NCBI GenBank assembly: GCA_020638795.1
Contig: JACKHW010000005.1
Span: 218,023 to 282,022, forward strand
Origin: Planctomycetota bacterium
GTDB taxonomy: Bacteria; Planctomycetota; UBA1135; GCA-002748355
Reading direction: 5' to 3'
Length of the DNA stretch: 64,000 bases
Position 1 is the first letter of the stretch. The number at the start of each line of letters is the position of its first letter. The translations under genes were made by a program, and so were the position numbers. Shown in pieces: positions 62,590 through 64,000 of this stretch. Below the pieces are notes generated by a model, which saw only the letters and a list, made by a program, of their open reading frames with translations, was not told the DNA's origin and ran no database searches.

Positions 62590-64000
62590 ATGCATGGCCA
62601 TCCACGAGAGCAGTCCATGCCGCGATCCGCCCGAACGACCCTCACGATCTTCGCGCTCGTCACCATCGGGGTTTTGAGCTTCTTCGCGCTCCGAGAACCC
62701 GCGGCACTCCGCATCGAGAGCCCGACGGTCACCGAGAAGAGCGAGCGCACCGAGCTGCCGACAGCGAACAGCGATACGGCCCTCGAGAGCGGGTCGGCGG
62801 TGACTCCCGCCGATACCGAGGTCGATGTCCGTGCCGCGGTGCCGAACGACGAGCAGCGCACCGCGATACCGACCGACGCCGAGCTCAGGTCGCGTTATCC
62901 CGGTGCCGCGCAGATTCGGTCCACGACGGTCCTCGTGCACGTCATCGACGAGAAGACCGCTTCCGGCATCAAAAACGCAACGGTGCACCTATTGACCAAT
63001 CTGCAATTTCAGGCCTCGATGTCGAGTCTCGGACGCGCAAACGGCAGCCCGTACCTGATCGAGCTGATCCGAGACCACGGTGGCGCGCGCGTGACCGACG
63101 ACAAGGGGAAGGCCCGGTTCGACGACGTGAGCTTGCCGCTCTTCGTCCTCGCCGAGGGAGAGCACGGGATCGCACTCGTCGGCGAGCGCAAAGCCCCCGA
63201 GCCCGTCGAGCTCGAGCTGACTCTCCGCCCCGCGTGCGCGATCGAAGTGGTGGTCGTCACTCCCGACGGTCGACCGGCACCAGACGTTCCACTCGCCGCG
63301 ACGGTCGACGGAACGGATCGAGAGCGAACGGTCGGCAAGACGGACGAGCGAGGCGTTGCACGGTACGAAGCGTTCGATCACTACCTCGGTCTCCTGGCTC
63401 GCTCGGACACAGGAGAAGACGGATTGCCCATACGGAGCGGCAGCCTCAGTCCCGAGGTTCTGGGTTCCGAGGGGGAGAAACACGCGTTCGTCCTCGAGCC
63501 TGGTCGCGTGACGAAGATCCAGATGACACTCGCCGAATCGGGCTCGATCGATGTCCGCTGCCCTCCCGCAATCGACCCATCCGCGCCGCGTTACGTTCTC
63601 GTTTCGTGCGTGGAGATGCAGAGTGATGCCTACGAACTGGTCTCACCGGACGGGCGTGCGGAGTTCGCTCGCGTCGCACTGAACAAGACCTTCGAGATCA
63701 AGTTCGACAAGACGACTCGAACCGTGGCTGGACCGAAGAAGCCTGGCGAGTGCATCGTCGTCGAATTCCGTGCAGAAGAGGCAACGGGCGCAGCCGTCAT
63801 CACGCTCGTCGATACGACCAACACCGCGGTCGACCCGGAGCCGTTCCGCGTGCACATCGAGGACGACACCGGCACGTTCTCGACTCGTGAGTCAACCGCG
63901 GAAGCGCGCGCACTGCGCTTCGAGGGCTTGCCTCTGGGGCGCAACTATCGCGTCGTCGTTCAGCGATCGCTCACGAAGCTCGAGAGGTCGTTCGCTGGAC
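62590..64000 (+). CDS. Membrane-anchored protein with carboxypeptidase-regulatory-like repeats (partial, runs off the right edge)
   Basis: This ORF is not in the supplied track. I translated it by hand from ATG 62590 (GGAG 5 nt upstream) and found 470 codons with no stop up to position 63999, with strong G/C at third positions. The N-terminal TM is TLTIFALVTIGVLSFFAL. Repeats include VLVHVIDEKTASGIKNATVHLL and IEVVVVTPDGRPAPDVPL...DERGVARYE. Confidence 0.7.
   Translation, partial: MHGHPREQSMPRSARTTLTIFALVTIGVLSFFALREPAALRIESPTVTEKSERTELPTANSDTALESGSAVTPADTEVDVRAAVPNDEQRTAIPTDAELRSRYPGAAQIRSTTVLVHVIDEKTASGIKNATVHLLTNLQFQASMSSLGRANGSPYLIELIRDHGGARVTDDKGKARFDDVSLPLFVLAEGEHGIALVGERKAPEPVELELTLRPACAIEVVVVTPDGRPAPDVPLAATVDGTDRERTVGKTDERGVARYEAFDHYLGLLARSDTGEDGLPIRSGSLSPEVLGSEGEKHAFVLEPGRVTKIQMTLAESGSIDVRCPPAIDPSAPRYVLVSCVEMQSDAYELVSPDGRAEFARVALNKTFEIKFDKTTRTVAGPKKPGECIVVEFRAEEATGAAVITLVDTTNTAVDPEPFRVHIEDDTGTFSTRESTAEARALRFEGLPLGRNYRVVVQRSLTKLERSFAG

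Noticed and set aside
62151-63626. 491-aa + strand ORF
   Set aside because: It is an Arg-rich shadow in the wrong frame. The frame starting at 62590 has coding-like third positions, a TM helix and an RBS.

Overview
High-GC bacterial chromosomal window (by eye about two-thirds G+C, not computed). I call 47 protein-coding regions, one gene remnant and one tRNA-Leu(UAA). I saw no rRNA, CRISPR array, transposase or integrase. Many long ORFs in the track are antisense or off-frame shadows typical of GC-rich DNA, so I chose strand and frame by recognisable motifs, signal peptides, RBS-like sequences and gene spacing. Several starts differ from the track for that reason. Housekeeping genes: smc, nrdR, mnmE, fbp, corA, a threonine-synthase-like gene, a ClC channel, an ECF sigma/anti-sigma pair, spoVR plus a DUF444/yeaH-type gene, HtrA-type proteases, and M28, M55 and DJ-1 family enzymes. 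The rest is mostly secreted proteins. Main hunt results: (1) a recurrent two-cysteine module of about 110 aa on seven (possibly nine) secreted proteins with unrelated passenger domains, including four full-length paralogues, two of them in tandem; (2) a six-gene minus-strand operon of TPR, ExbB/TolQ, ExbD/TolR, a 1357-aa chimeric protein (PD40 propeller, TM helices, Ala/Pro-rich linker, prenyltransferase-like toroid), a GT2 and a small membrane protein, which reads like a rearranged Tol-Pal/TonB-type system; (3) a tightly packed trio of an ATP-grasp-like ligase with apparently permuted motif order, an AstE/AspA-type zinc deacylase and a PPTase; (4) a 13/14-bp tandem repeat (5 units) forming a chain of GTGA start-stop overlaps and mini-ORFs between a secreted DnaJ-type zinc-finger protein and a three-domain trypsin-fold protein, two of whose protease domains have lost catalytic residues; (5) Gln at +1 of 12 predicted signal-peptide cleavage sites; (6) a long ORF at the right edge that is missing from the supplied track. 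All family assignments come from motif recognition by eye. No database search was run.
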